A DNA stretch of 64,000 bases, from IMG/VR virus record IMGVR_UViG_3300028591_000075, positions 64,001 through 128,000 of that record; one strand, given 5' to 3'. Both the position numbers and the translations under genes were made by a program. Under the pieces are notes generated by a model. The model was not told the DNA's origin and did not search any database. It worked only from the letters and a program-made list of their open reading frames with translations. Origin of the DNA: a virus (Duplodnaviria > Caudoviricetes). Below are positions 39,252 through 48,968 of this stretch, in pieces. Every line of letters starts with the position of its first letter. Position 1 is the stretch's first letter.

Positions 39252-40367
39252 ATGTCCAAAATCGCAATTATCGGTGACATCCACCTTTCCCCCAAGTGCG
39301 ACATCACGTCCATCAGGAACCATGTGGTTGCCGCGCAGAAGAAGTACCTCGATGGCCTGGCGCCCAAGCTGGAAGCCGCCGGGGTCGATACGATCCTGTT
39401 CGCAGGCGACATTTTCAGCGTCCGCACCTTCATTACGGTGGAAGCGCTGAACTATGCCATGGAGCTGTTCGGCAAGACCCTGGCCAAGTTCGACATCCAT
39501 ATCGTCGCCGGTAACCATGACTGCCTTTACGACAATACCAACTACGTGTCCAGTATCCGTTACCTGGGCCTCCTGCCCAATGTCCATGTCTACATTGACG
39601 ACATCGAGACCATCGAACTCCACGGGATGAAGTTCCACATGGTGCCTTGGGTCACTCCGACCGCCATGCCCGGTTTCAACGAATGGCTGGCCAAGATGGC
39701 CAAGAAGCCGAAGGCCGAAAGGGACAAGACTGTCATCCTGGGCCATTTCGACATGATGGGTGTCCTCATGGATGCCGGCCAGATTTCCGAAGCCGGCCTG
39801 GAACCTGAGAAGTTCATGAAGGCTGCCAAGTACACGTTCAGTGGCCACTATCACTGCCGTTCCGACCATGAGAACCGTGGCAACAGGGTCGTCTACTTGG
39901 GTACCCCGTTCCAGTTGACCTTTGCCCATGTCGATACCGACTGCGGCATCTACCTGTTCGACGACGAAATGAACCTCGAATTCATTGAGAATACCGAGTC
40001 GCCGAGGTTCATGGACTGCGATGACGAGCACCTAGATGGCCTCGGCGACATCAGCAACTACTTCGTACGCTACATGGCCAGGACCGGTCGAAATGCCGAC
40101 GAGAGCTCGGAATTGAAGAAGAAACTCGAATCCTACGGCCCCCTCTACATCAAGATGGTGCCCTATGGCGGGGAGGCCGGTACCCTGGACGATGCCAAGG
40201 CTGTCGATGACGAGGAAGCCAAGAAAATCATGGAGAGCGACACAATCGGCCTGGCTACCATGTACATGGACAAATATGCCGATTTGCTCCCCCAGTTCGA
40301 GGATGGGACCGATTCCAGGGAAAAAATTATCGGGCTTTTGAAAAAATATGTCGATAGAGTGGGATAA
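39252..40367 (+). CDS. gp47: Recombination nuclease gp47 (Mre11/SbcD-like)
   Basis: GDIH, GDIF, GNHD, GHF, SGHYH metallophosphoesterase motifs. Confidence 0.92.
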   Translation: MSKIAIIGDIHLSPKCDITSIRNHVVAAQKKYLDGLAPKLEAAGVDTILFAGDIFSVRTFITVEALNYAMELFGKTLAKFDIHIVAGNHDCLYDNTNYVSSIRYLGLLPNVHVYIDDIETIELHGMKFHMVPWVTPTAMPGFNEWLAKMAKKPKAERDKTVILGHFDMMGVLMDAGQISEAGLEPEKFMKAAKYTFSGHYHCRSDHENRGNRVVYLGTPFQLTFAHVDTDCGIYLFDDEMNLEFIENTESPRFMDCDDEHLDGLGDISNYFVRYMARTGRNADESSELKKKLESYGPLYIKMVPYGGEAGTLDDAKAVDDEEAKKIMESDTIGLATMYMDKYADLLPQFEDGTDSREKIIGLLKKYVDRVG

Positions 40368-40427
40368 ATTCTCCACATTTCTTGAAAACAGATATAGTTT
40401 CCTCACCAAAGAGGAAACTTTTTCATT

Positions 40428-41942
40428 ATGACCGATTTCAAGAAACTCATTGAGGACGGCATTGCCGCCAACCTGGCCAACAAGCCTAAGTTCAACATCC
40501 TGTATGTGGGCGACGAAAGCTCCCGCCTCGCATATTGCCGTGGCATCACTGCCATGCAGGAGTTCAAGCACTTCTATGGCAACCTTGCCGACATCTCGCT
40601 GACGATTATCGACAGCAAGACCTTCAACAGGGCATGTCCGGATCTCACCTTCTACAACATCCTCTGGATTGACAACATATCCAACCGTACCTTCATGGCT
40701 GCTCTTGAAGAAAAGGTGAATGCTGTCATGGACAAGCTCGCACCGGACTGGCGCAAGGATGCTGAACAGATTAAGAAGGATTCCGAAGCCGACCGCAAGG
40801 CCTACGAAGACTTCCAGGCGGAAGTTGACGCCAAGGTCGCTGAACTCGGCGACAATGAAGAAGAAATCAACAAGTATCTCGAAAGCGTCCAGGAAAAACT
40901 GGATGGCTTGAAGGAAAAAGGCACCGTCTACGAACAGTACGTTGCCGATGCCAACGAATACCGCGCCATGACGCTCCGCGTCGTGTATGCCCTTGACGAA
41001 TTCGTGTGGGAAGCTCCTGCCGGCCGCCAGCGCACCATCGTTGATGCGATGACCGTCCAGGAAACAATGCAGATGGCTGACGAAGTGATTGTTCCGAACA
41101 GCGAACTCGCCGGTGCAATCAAGGATCTCGGCCTCGTTTCCGAATACACCGACGTTCTCGTCATCCCGACGTTCATGAACGAATACTTCTACCCGATTAA
41201 CCGCATCACCAATCGCATGGCCTCGTTGAGCACGATGATCAACAAGCCGAAGATTTTGGTGAAGGGTACCTGCATTCCGAAGAATGTCCAGAACTTCATC
41301 ATCCACGGCTACGACAAGTACGACATCACCATCTGCACCGTTGGTGAACTTGACGACCGTCTCATGAAGCTCCTTACCACGGCCAAGGATCCGAAGCATC
41401 CTGAAAAGGGTGCATGCGTGCGCAACATGATTCACTGGGCCAACCCCTACGTGAACCCGCGCAACATGCAGAAGACCATCGCCATCGAACGTGACGCAGC
41501 CTTCGACTTCACCATCCTTACCGGTCCGGATGATTTCAGTGATGACATCTACAACATCACCATGACCGATACCGATGCGCTCATCGCAGTCGCTTCCGGT
41601 TCCGTGGCCATCGCCTGCATCGACGATGCCGGCTTCCGCAAGGGAACCCATATCTGCCTTGACACCGGACTTACCTTCGGCAAGGACACCAAGGTGGACG
41701 ACATCAAGGGCATGCTCATCAAGTGGTCCATCTGTTCCAACTGGGACACCGCTTATGAAAAGCAGAAGCAGTACCTCATCGGTCGCCGCTTGGTCAGCGC
41801 ACCTAACGTGATGGGTGGCTTCTTCAACGCCATGCTTGGTCGTAAGTTCTCTCTCGCCCGTAAGGAAAAGTTCGGTGATGGTGAAACGAAGCCGGAAACC
41901 GAAACGACCGAAACTGTCGAAGAGAAGAAGGACGGAGAATAA
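40428..41942 (+). CDS. GT-B (GT4-like) glycosyltransferase-fold protein, degenerate, with coiled-coil insert
   Basis: VVYALDEFVW..ADEVIVPNSELA..VLVIPT resembles VVYDxDD..AD.VTVST..L..VIPN. Confidence 0.55.
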   Translation: MTDFKKLIEDGIAANLANKPKFNILYVGDESSRLAYCRGITAMQEFKHFYGNLADISLTIIDSKTFNRACPDLTFYNILWIDNISNRTFMAALEEKVNAVMDKLAPDWRKDAEQIKKDSEADRKAYEDFQAEVDAKVAELGDNEEEINKYLESVQEKLDGLKEKGTVYEQYVADANEYRAMTLRVVYALDEFVWEAPAGRQRTIVDAMTVQETMQMADEVIVPNSELAGAIKDLGLVSEYTDVLVIPTFMNEYFYPINRITNRMASLSTMINKPKILVKGTCIPKNVQNFIIHGYDKYDITICTVGELDDRLMKLLTTAKDPKHPEKGACVRNMIHWANPYVNPRNMQKTIAIERDAAFDFTILTGPDDFSDDIYNITMTDTDALIAVASGSVAIACIDDAGFRKGTHICLDTGLTFGKDTKVDDIKGMLIKWSICSNWDTAYEKQKQYLIGRRLVSAPNVMGGFFNAMLGRKFSLARKEKFGDGETKPETETTETVEEKKDGE

Positions 41943-41946
41943 GACG

Positions 41947-42213
41947 ATGTCATCCGAGCGGCACTTTGCAGTCCGCGTGGACATTAAGAGCCTGGCAGCC
42001 AACAAGGACCTGCCGGGCCATTCTCTTGATTATCATGACCTTAAAGTGGAAGCGCCTATGCTCATGGAGCCGTCATACGGCACCCATGACGAGGCTGCTG
42101 CCAGGGTCCTGGACTTGATGGCACATGGACGGGGAGAGGAAATCGAGGTCGATCTTCCAAACGGACAACATTATAAAGGACCTCGATATTTTTATTACAC
42201 TACGAAAGGGTAA
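41947..42213 (+). CDS. Hypothetical protein
   Basis: Start MSSERH just after the upstream stop. Confidence 0.65.
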   Translation: MSSERHFAVRVDIKSLAANKDLPGHSLDYHDLKVEAPMLMEPSYGTHDEAAARVLDLMAHGRGEEIEVDLPNGQHYKGPRYFYYTTKG

Positions 42214-42218
42214 TACTT

Positions 42219-43535
42219 ATGGCAACAGGAATGGAAAATCTAGATCCGGAAAGCCGGAAAATCCTTGAACAGGCGATGTCGATGGATTCGGCAAATCGGG
42301 CCATGGGGATGAACGAGGTGCGTGCCGCGGAACAACGCAAGCTGGCCGAGGACATGGAAAGGAAGAATGCCGAGGCCCGACGCAGACGGGGAGCCGCAAT
42401 CGCCGGCGAGGACCCCGTTGTCCAGGCGATGAAGAGGCAGTCCCCAATCAAGCGCCGTAAGGGAATGGTGAAGCAGGAAGTTCCCATGCCGATGGCACAG
42501 CCGGAACAGATTGCTCCCGCCGTCCAGCTTCCTCCCGAGCAGACTCCTGCAGAAACCGCGATTGACACCGGGGCAATGCGCCAGGCTTTCGCGAAACTTA
42601 GCGGGACTAACCAGGCCCCGGTAATTCCGGAACCTCCCATGCCTGAACCTGAACCGGCCATTGAACCTCCTGTCCAGACACCTCCTGAACCGCCGCAAGT
42701 GCGCGTGACCGTTCCGGAGCAGGATTTCAATGACCACCCATTGGATTTCGATCCGTCGCGTGATGTCAATGTCTTTACGCCGATATCTCATCTTCCGTCC
42801 AAGGGCCTGTTCTATCCGGGTCAGTTGTTCGGTCAGTCGCTGAAACTTATCGACAACTATTACTTGGATGACATTGTTGACGGCTCGGCAAATACCAGGA
42901 CTGCGATCAACGCAATCCTCGGTCGCCGTATCCGCGGGGTTGACCCGTTGGACATCTTGACCATCGACGAGGCCTACATCCTTCACTGGCTGCGTGCATC
43001 TTCGTTCCCGAAGCATGGCCTGTGGCACCCTGGGTACAAGTGTCCCCACTGTCAGTTCGATACCGATACCGACAACGTGTACAACGATTTCCGTATCGGC
43101 TTCCGTAACTTAAAGTTTACATTGACGAAGGACATCGACGCGCTTGCCGCTCTGCATGGTACCAACGGGTACCATTCCGGTTTCCTGGATGACGGGCGCG
43201 AATGCCATGTGTATGTGCACCGCCTGAGACATGCGGTCGAACTGAACGACTTCATTGGCAAGTGGGAAAAGCGTAACGGGATGACTGCTCCTAACGCCAT
43301 CCGCAAGGCTGCCGGTGTCGCCACGGTCGTCGAAATCGAGGGTTGTGAGAATATGGACGAAAAGTTCGCCTATATATCCGAGCTCCCCGAAATCCAGAAG
43401 GAAAACTTTGAAAAGCTGGTTGTCGAAGGTACGGTTGCGTGCAACGTGTCTGCGGTACTCACCTGTGGTCGATGTGGAGGCGTGGTTGAAACACCATATC
43501 CCTTTCGAGTACAGTGGTTTGTTTCCAGTCTTTAA
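42219..43535 (+). CDS. Baseplate hub / tail assembly chaperone, gp26-like
   Basis: LPSKGLFYP, DILTIDEAYILHWLRASS, CPHC and CGRC. Confidence 0.72.
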   Translation: MATGMENLDPESRKILEQAMSMDSANRAMGMNEVRAAEQRKLAEDMERKNAEARRRRGAAIAGEDPVVQAMKRQSPIKRRKGMVKQEVPMPMAQPEQIAPAVQLPPEQTPAETAIDTGAMRQAFAKLSGTNQAPVIPEPPMPEPEPAIEPPVQTPPEPPQVRVTVPEQDFNDHPLDFDPSRDVNVFTPISHLPSKGLFYPGQLFGQSLKLIDNYYLDDIVDGSANTRTAINAILGRRIRGVDPLDILTIDEAYILHWLRASSFPKHGLWHPGYKCPHCQFDTDTDNVYNDFRIGFRNLKFTLTKDIDALAALHGTNGYHSGFLDDGRECHVYVHRLRHAVELNDFIGKWEKRNGMTAPNAIRKAAGVATVVEIEGCENMDEKFAYISELPEIQKENFEKLVVEGTVACNVSAVLTCGRCGGVVETPYPFRVQWFVSSL

Positions 43536-43719
43536 CATAGTGTCGCTTACCAAGGACAAGGCCCTGGTATCCGAGATAACCAACAACAGCATGGCGGATT
43601 GCGACCGGATGTTTATTCCCGAATTCCTGGAATTGCTTGCATACGCTGAACAGCGGTTCAGGAACATGTATGTTCAGACGAACGGATATGTTCCATTGGG
43701 CTCCCCAGGTACAATATAG
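43486..43719 (+). CDS. gp51-like chaperone segment (frameshift extension of the upstream gene, or TTG-initiated ORF)
   Basis: SMADCDRMFIPEFLELL resembles gp51-type SLxExExMxPWE; lies in the +1 frame overlapping the gp26-like end. Confidence 0.55.
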   Translation: MKHHIPFEYSGLFPVFNIVSLTKDKALVSEITNNSMADCDRMFIPEFLELLAYAEQRFRNMYVQTNGYVPLGSPGTI

Positions 43720-43772
43720 GGCCTCAAAGGTTATAAACTATCCGGTGATAATATAGTCGCCGGATCGTTTTT

Positions 43773-45800
43773 ATGAGTGGACTTTTTAACGGAAATTCTA
43801 GCGTGGCCCAAACCACCGCAGCTACAAAGGAAGTCGAGGCACCCAAGTCTTCGAATTCCAATGATTTCTCCGCGGCTATTGCATCCATAGGAACTGCCAT
43901 CGGGGAATTGAAGGAAGCCTTCCCGTCCATGATGGAAACGGCGTTTACCACCGTGATTTCCAGCGATGCGACAAACAATGCGCTGTATGACGCGCTTGCC
44001 TCGGCAACCTACGACAGCATGGCGGCATTGCATGATGAGGGGAAACTCGGACCGAACGAGCGAGAAAAATCTAGTGAGGCTGAGTCTCGTGGCGAACGCG
44101 GGTTTACTCGCGCCGAATTGCTTGCAATCGAAACTCTTGACCAGAATGAGCAACTGGCCAATGCAATATCTACAGCATTTGACAAGTCTCTCGAAAAATC
44201 GAAGTTTGACCGTGCTGCCGACGTTGGTGCAACCGCGGCCAAGGCCGCTGCCGATACTACCATCGATGCCACTGCCGAGGCTACGAAGGGTGTCGGGAAG
44301 ACCGGCCTATCCGTTGGTCTGGAAGCGACCAGGGGTGCACTCGACCTGGTGGGACAACTTCCCGCCGGTGTGATTGAGAGCGCCATTGCCCGTAACCCCG
44401 GCCCGTTGCTTGACCGGATGTTTGGCTCGCTTGAAAAGACCGGTACCAACGTCATCGACAAGGGTGTCGATGGCATGGCGGACACCGCGAAGAATGTAAG
44501 CTCGAAGACCATTGACAATGTTAAGAAGGGTGCATCCGATGTTCGTGATGCCTATGCGCAGGGTGAAGGCGAAGGCGAAGGCGAAGGTGAAGGTGAAGGG
44601 GAGAAACCAAAGGTTACTCCCAGGGCACCTATCGAAGCAACCAGCATGACATTGGGCACCCAGCCGAATATGGGCCTTGGTATGCCAAATTCCATGATGG
44701 GGCAGCCGAACCCAACTGGGGCCGACATCAGCCGTAAGCGCATGATGGATGACATGAGTATGAACTTCATGTCCAAAACGGCTCCGGATTTCATGTCGAA
44801 GGGCAACGAGGTATTTGACAAGATTTTGAATGATGAACTGACTGTCCATCTCGATGAGGATATTGGACAGTCGGTTGGCATGAGTATGCGTGGGCTTCCT
44901 TGGGGCGCGATGCTTAAAGGCGGTGGAATGCTCGCACTCGGTGCGGCCACCATTGCATCGCTTGGCGCCATTGCTACTGCGGGTAAAGAGTTGTGGGATT
45001 GGCACAAGGCCAATGAGGAAGCTGAAAAGAACCTTGACAACATTGCCGAGAACAGTGCCAAGGGAAATGAGCGCATGAAGAACGGGGTCAACAATGACCT
45101 CCGTGATGCCAATATCAAGGATGACAAGGCCAGTGTGGAACTTGCCAAGGCTGAAAACGGTATCGGCAACAGCATCCTGGGTTTCTTCGGTTACAAGACT
45201 GATGAAATCCGAGAAAAGGAAGCTGCGAAGATGCAGGCTAAGTCCGAACAGGCGATTGAGCAGCGTCGTTATAGGGAGCTTCTTGATCGTGCCGAGGCCT
45301 ACGGCATTAAGCGCACTGACAGCGAGGCCGTCAAGAAATGGGTGGAAGAACAGAAGAAACTTGCTACCCAGGCCGGTGTCAACGTCGAGGACAAGGGTGC
45401 TTTCATCCGGTTCCAGAACGAAGAGCTTAAACGGTACAAGGAGGCCCAGAAGAAGGCCGTCGAACAGGGTACCCAGCCGAACCAGCAGGGCCAGGGCCAG
45501 CATGGACAACAGGGTCAGCAAGGGCAGCAGCCGAACAACGGGGCACCCGATGCGGCTAATCAGGCGAATGGCGCTCCTATGGCCGCGGGTTCAAATACGA
45601 ATACGACACAGAATACGGTCAATGCCGGCACCGGTGCAATGACCGAGGATATTCTCAGTGCCGAGGAAAAGCTCAAACAGTACAAGTTGTACACCTTCGA
45701 GGGCATCCGCGATGCGCTGTTGCTCCCGGAAGTGCAGTCGATGTTCACCGCAACTGCACAGACCGCCGGTGCGTCTGTCGAACAGAAGTTGATGGGGTAA
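43773..45800 (+). CDS. Probable tape measure / gp29-like protein
   Basis: Ala/Gly-rich helical protein between chaperone and baseplate genes; TATAAACT at 43732. Confidence 0.55.
   Translation: MSGLFNGNSSVAQTTAATKEVEAPKSSNSNDFSAAIASIGTAIGELKEAFPSMMETAFTTVISSDATNNALYDALASATYDSMAALHDEGKLGPNEREKSSEAESRGERGFTRAELLAIETLDQNEQLANAISTAFDKSLEKSKFDRAADVGATAAKAAADTTIDATAEATKGVGKTGLSVGLEATRGALDLVGQLPAGVIESAIARNPGPLLDRMFGSLEKTGTNVIDKGVDGMADTAKNVSSKTIDNVKKGASDVRDAYAQGEGEGEGEGEGEGEKPKVTPRAPIEATSMTLGTQPNMGLGMPNSMMGQPNPTGADISRKRMMDDMSMNFMSKTAPDFMSKGNEVFDKILNDELTVHLDEDIGQSVGMSMRGLPWGAMLKGGGMLALGAATIASLGAIATAGKELWDWHKANEEAEKNLDNIAENSAKGNERMKNGVNNDLRDANIKDDKASVELAKAENGIGNSILGFFGYKTDEIREKEAAKMQAKSEQAIEQRRYRELLDRAEAYGIKRTDSEAVKKWVEEQKKLATQAGVNVEDKGAFIRFQNEELKRYKEAQKKAVEQGTQPNQQGQGQHGQQGQQGQQPNNGAPDAANQANGAPMAAGSNTNTTQNTVNAGTGAMTEDILSAEEKLKQYKLYTFEGIRDALLLPEVQSMFTATAQTAGASVEQKLMG
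44562..44603 (+). repeat. (GGYGAA)n hexamer repeat encoding (GE)7
   Basis: Directly visible. Confidence 0.9.
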
Positions 45801-45803
45801 TGT

Positions 45804-47144
45804 ATGGCGTGGTCAGCAAAGGAAATAAGAAAGAAGAAGTATTTGCCGTTTCCGGGTCATAACGACAAGGTTTCGAAGTCGTACCATTCTGAAAAGTTGC
45901 CGAACCCGAACGTTATCCGTATCGAGGTGCTGTCACCGTCGGCAAAGGCCGCATACCTGAATGGCGGTCTGTATGCAATGACCAACAAGTTCCAGCATGC
46001 CTTGATGGAAACGATGCTGTATGATGACGCGACGAAGCCGTTCTATGGATTTGTTGATCCCGAGGAAACTGCCGGTGTTACGTTTGGCGTGTCTGCATCA
46101 TGGGAAAAGGGAAACCACGGGTTCGGTGAAGTTGCCAAAGTGTTGAAGGGTGTGACCGGTGCTGTCTCCAGGGTTCCGGTTGTTGGTGCCGTCGGCAGTG
46201 TTGCTGGTGGCCTGATCGGGGCTGCAGAGAAGATTGGCAATTTTTCAAAGGATATGGCTAACATGGCTGGTCTAAATACCGATTCAACCGGCGCATGTAC
46301 CATGCGAGATTTCAAACGCGCAACGTTTGATTTTAATAAGACGGTGAAGTGCAAGTGGTATATGCCGGAACAGGAATATATGGCTCGGCTATCTATTTCC
46401 CGATTATTGACGCTCACGTTTCTGCGTTCGGCAAATATGGATGATAAGGATGTGTTGGGAAAGCTCACCAGTGCAATATCTGAATTAACTAGTAGTCAGG
46501 AATGGGAAAATACCATGTCATCCATAAGTTCCATTGGCAATGAAATTGCTGGAATGGGTAAGAGTATCGTAAAACTCGGGAAGAGCTACGCAACTGATGT
46601 CCTGGGTGGTGGTATTGTGAATGGGGCCACGGATCTAGCGAATGGCGCTGCTGAATGGATGGGTGATTTCCAAAATTCTGTTTCCGGCACATGGGGCTTG
46701 AATGAAAAGGCTGAAACTGCCAAAAATGCTCTTGCACCGAGTGAGGATACAAAGAGTCTTGCCGGTGATGTAATGAAACAAATCGTAAATGGGGGAACGG
46801 ACATTCTCATGAAAGTAAATTCGTTCTTTGGTGGAAACATCACGGTAAACCCATTCCCGGTGCGAGTTACAATCGGGCATATTCTGGATATTGAGCCGGT
46901 TGTCATTGAAAATGTTACGTTCCATTCAAGCAAGGAGCAGTTCATTTCGGAGGATGGGACACATATTCCACTGTACATTACAGCCGATATTAAATTTGGC
47001 ATGTGGATGACGCCTGACCCGAAAAAAGGTTTCATTCGATGGATGGGTGATGATGTGTTCAATAGTGGTAGGTATTTGAGGAGCGGCAAGGCCAGTGGGA
47101 ATCGGGGGACATCCGGTAACGGCGGTGGCACCAAGAAGAAATGA
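45804..47144 (+). CDS. Baseplate/tube-cap protein, gp48-like
   Basis: Position; C-terminal P..VTIG..L.IEPVVIENV.F....P.YITADI.F pattern. Confidence 0.55.
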   Translation: MAWSAKEIRKKKYLPFPGHNDKVSKSYHSEKLPNPNVIRIEVLSPSAKAAYLNGGLYAMTNKFQHALMETMLYDDATKPFYGFVDPEETAGVTFGVSASWEKGNHGFGEVAKVLKGVTGAVSRVPVVGAVGSVAGGLIGAAEKIGNFSKDMANMAGLNTDSTGACTMRDFKRATFDFNKTVKCKWYMPEQEYMARLSISRLLTLTFLRSANMDDKDVLGKLTSAISELTSSQEWENTMSSISSIGNEIAGMGKSIVKLGKSYATDVLGGGIVNGATDLANGAAEWMGDFQNSVSGTWGLNEKAETAKNALAPSEDTKSLAGDVMKQIVNGGTDILMKVNSFFGGNITVNPFPVRVTIGHILDIEPVVIENVTFHSSKEQFISEDGTHIPLYITADIKFGMWMTPDPKKGFIRWMGDDVFNSGRYLRSGKASGNRGTSGNGGGTKKK

Positions 47145-47156
47145 GGTGGATAGACT

Positions 47157-47609
47157 ATGGCAAAAGAAGAATTTCCGCGCTTTCGCGAACGCAACTTTCC
47201 GATTTTGAGTTCATTTAAGCTGCCGTTTTACCGTGGTGGTCGCCTTGACCTGGTGTGCGCCGACAGGTATGACACGCCTACCGCCTACAAGGTGTTTGCT
47301 GCCGCCAATAGGATAATGAACCCTATGCTGACCCGTCCGGGGATTCGACCCACCGACGAATCCATCCGTAACGAACTAGTTTTACGGGGGTACAGTGGCA
47401 GCGCACTGGAAGCGGAACTTCGCCGGATAAATGACCTCATGATACGTGGTGTCAGGGATTGGCTGGGTTATTCCGATTTCGGAAATGGAAATATCACCGA
47501 TGCCGAACCGGATCGTCTGATATTTGTCCCGTCACCGGATAGCGCTGTCCAATGGTACGATAGGTACAATGAACTGAATGAAGTGGTCGAGGAACAGGAC
47601 GACGAATAA
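47157..47609 (+). CDS. Baseplate wedge protein, gp53/LysM-like
   Basis: GRLDLVCADRYDTP..YKVFAAANRIMNP. Confidence 0.7.
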   Translation: MAKEEFPRFRERNFPILSSFKLPFYRGGRLDLVCADRYDTPTAYKVFAAANRIMNPMLTRPGIRPTDESIRNELVLRGYSGSALEAELRRINDLMIRGVRDWLGYSDFGNGNITDAEPDRLIFVPSPDSAVQWYDRYNELNEVVEEQDDE

Positions 47610-48967
47610 TGGGTGGAGTATCTAAAACAGGTTCAAACTTTGTAGTGGCGTTTTCACTGCCGAAGTCACAGAGCCCGGAAGTGGATGGGTATGTTGTCAT
47701 CAACGCACCCAGTGTTCGTGAATTCTCCATGTCGTTTCCATTGAACGCCATGCCAAGCGGCCATGCCACCTGTACCTTGAACCATCTTGCTGATATTCCG
47801 GTTGCCGGAAGCTATGGCTCGATGGTTATCCAGGAATACGGTGCTGACCAGAAGGATGACAAGGCCTTCGGGATTTACATCTCCAATTTTAGCCAGTCCC
47901 AGAGTACGACTGATAGCGTCGATATCTCGTTCGATTTTGTCATCGGTTCCAAGGAAGCCGATATGAAGCAGGTTAACTTTGCCTGCACCGGTACCAGTTC
48001 GACCGCGATGAAGGAAGTTGTGAAGAAGAGCGAGATGGAATGCATCTCCAGGTATGTCGATAATGGCAAGAATTCCGACACCATGGTATGGCGTCTGGTA
48101 AATGGTAACTTTGAAGAAAACATGAACTACATTGTGTCGATGTCCTATATTCCGTCGGATATTCTGTACTGGATATTTGACGAGATGAAGGGCAAGATTG
48201 TCATCTCCACATTCAATACCGAGAAGGCTTCGAAAGTGCGCTCGATGATGTTCTATTCGCAGGATGCGCTGCTATCGACCAAGGATGCCGTCTATAAACC
48301 AAAGGCACTTGCCGGCACCTCCATATATCGTTACCAGTCTATGACCAGGGAAGACCAGTCTTCCAGGTGGCGAGCATCCATGTTCCCTAACCTGATTGTT
48401 GACACTACAACCAACAATGGCCAGAAGGAAACCGGCGACTGTGGTGGGGAATGCCTCGATGTTATCATGACGACCGCTGGAGCGGGTGAATTGCCGTCCG
48501 GTATGAAGCCGTCTAGGAACAAGAACAGTTCCGGCGTATATGGCGAACCGAAACTGGCCATGTCCTTCCCGATGAATGGCCATAAGAAGTATGCCGTTGC
48601 CGATACCATTCGTGCAAGGCTCATGTCGGAGTATAGCCGAGTTGCCAAGGTGAGGATCTTCAACCATTTCGGTCCTCCGGTTGGCTCATGTGTTTATCTG
48701 ATGGCGAACAACTTGCTCATAAAGCAGGGCCAGTTGAATGCCGACCCGAATTATACAGCCCGCTACATTGTCCTGGAAAAGCAGGTGACCAAGAAGAATT
48801 CCGTAACGTCCGGTACCCTTGGTAATCCCGGTCAGACGATGACGAGCGAATATGAGACCGTACTTGTCCTGGCGACTAATTTCCAGTATTCGAAGAACCC
48901 ATCCAAGGAATATGGCATTGTCATGAATGCCGTTAAGCAAGTGGTTGATAACCTGAAGGAAAAGTAA
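47609..48967 (+). CDS. Baseplate hub protein, gp27-like
   Basis: Position before the spike gene; beta-rich; C-terminal G..V.L...YTARYIV. Confidence 0.55.
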   Translation: MGGVSKTGSNFVVAFSLPKSQSPEVDGYVVINAPSVREFSMSFPLNAMPSGHATCTLNHLADIPVAGSYGSMVIQEYGADQKDDKAFGIYISNFSQSQSTTDSVDISFDFVIGSKEADMKQVNFACTGTSSTAMKEVVKKSEMECISRYVDNGKNSDTMVWRLVNGNFEENMNYIVSMSYIPSDILYWIFDEMKGKIVISTFNTEKASKVRSMMFYSQDALLSTKDAVYKPKALAGTSIYRYQSMTREDQSSRWRASMFPNLIVDTTTNNGQKETGDCGGECLDVIMTTAGAGELPSGMKPSRNKNSSGVYGEPKLAMSFPMNGHKKYAVADTIRARLMSEYSRVAKVRIFNHFGPPVGSCVYLMANNLLIKQGQLNADPNYTARYIVLEKQVTKKNSVTSGTLGNPGQTMTSEYETVLVLATNFQYSKNPSKEYGIVMNAVKQVVDNLKEK

Positions 48968-48968
48968 T

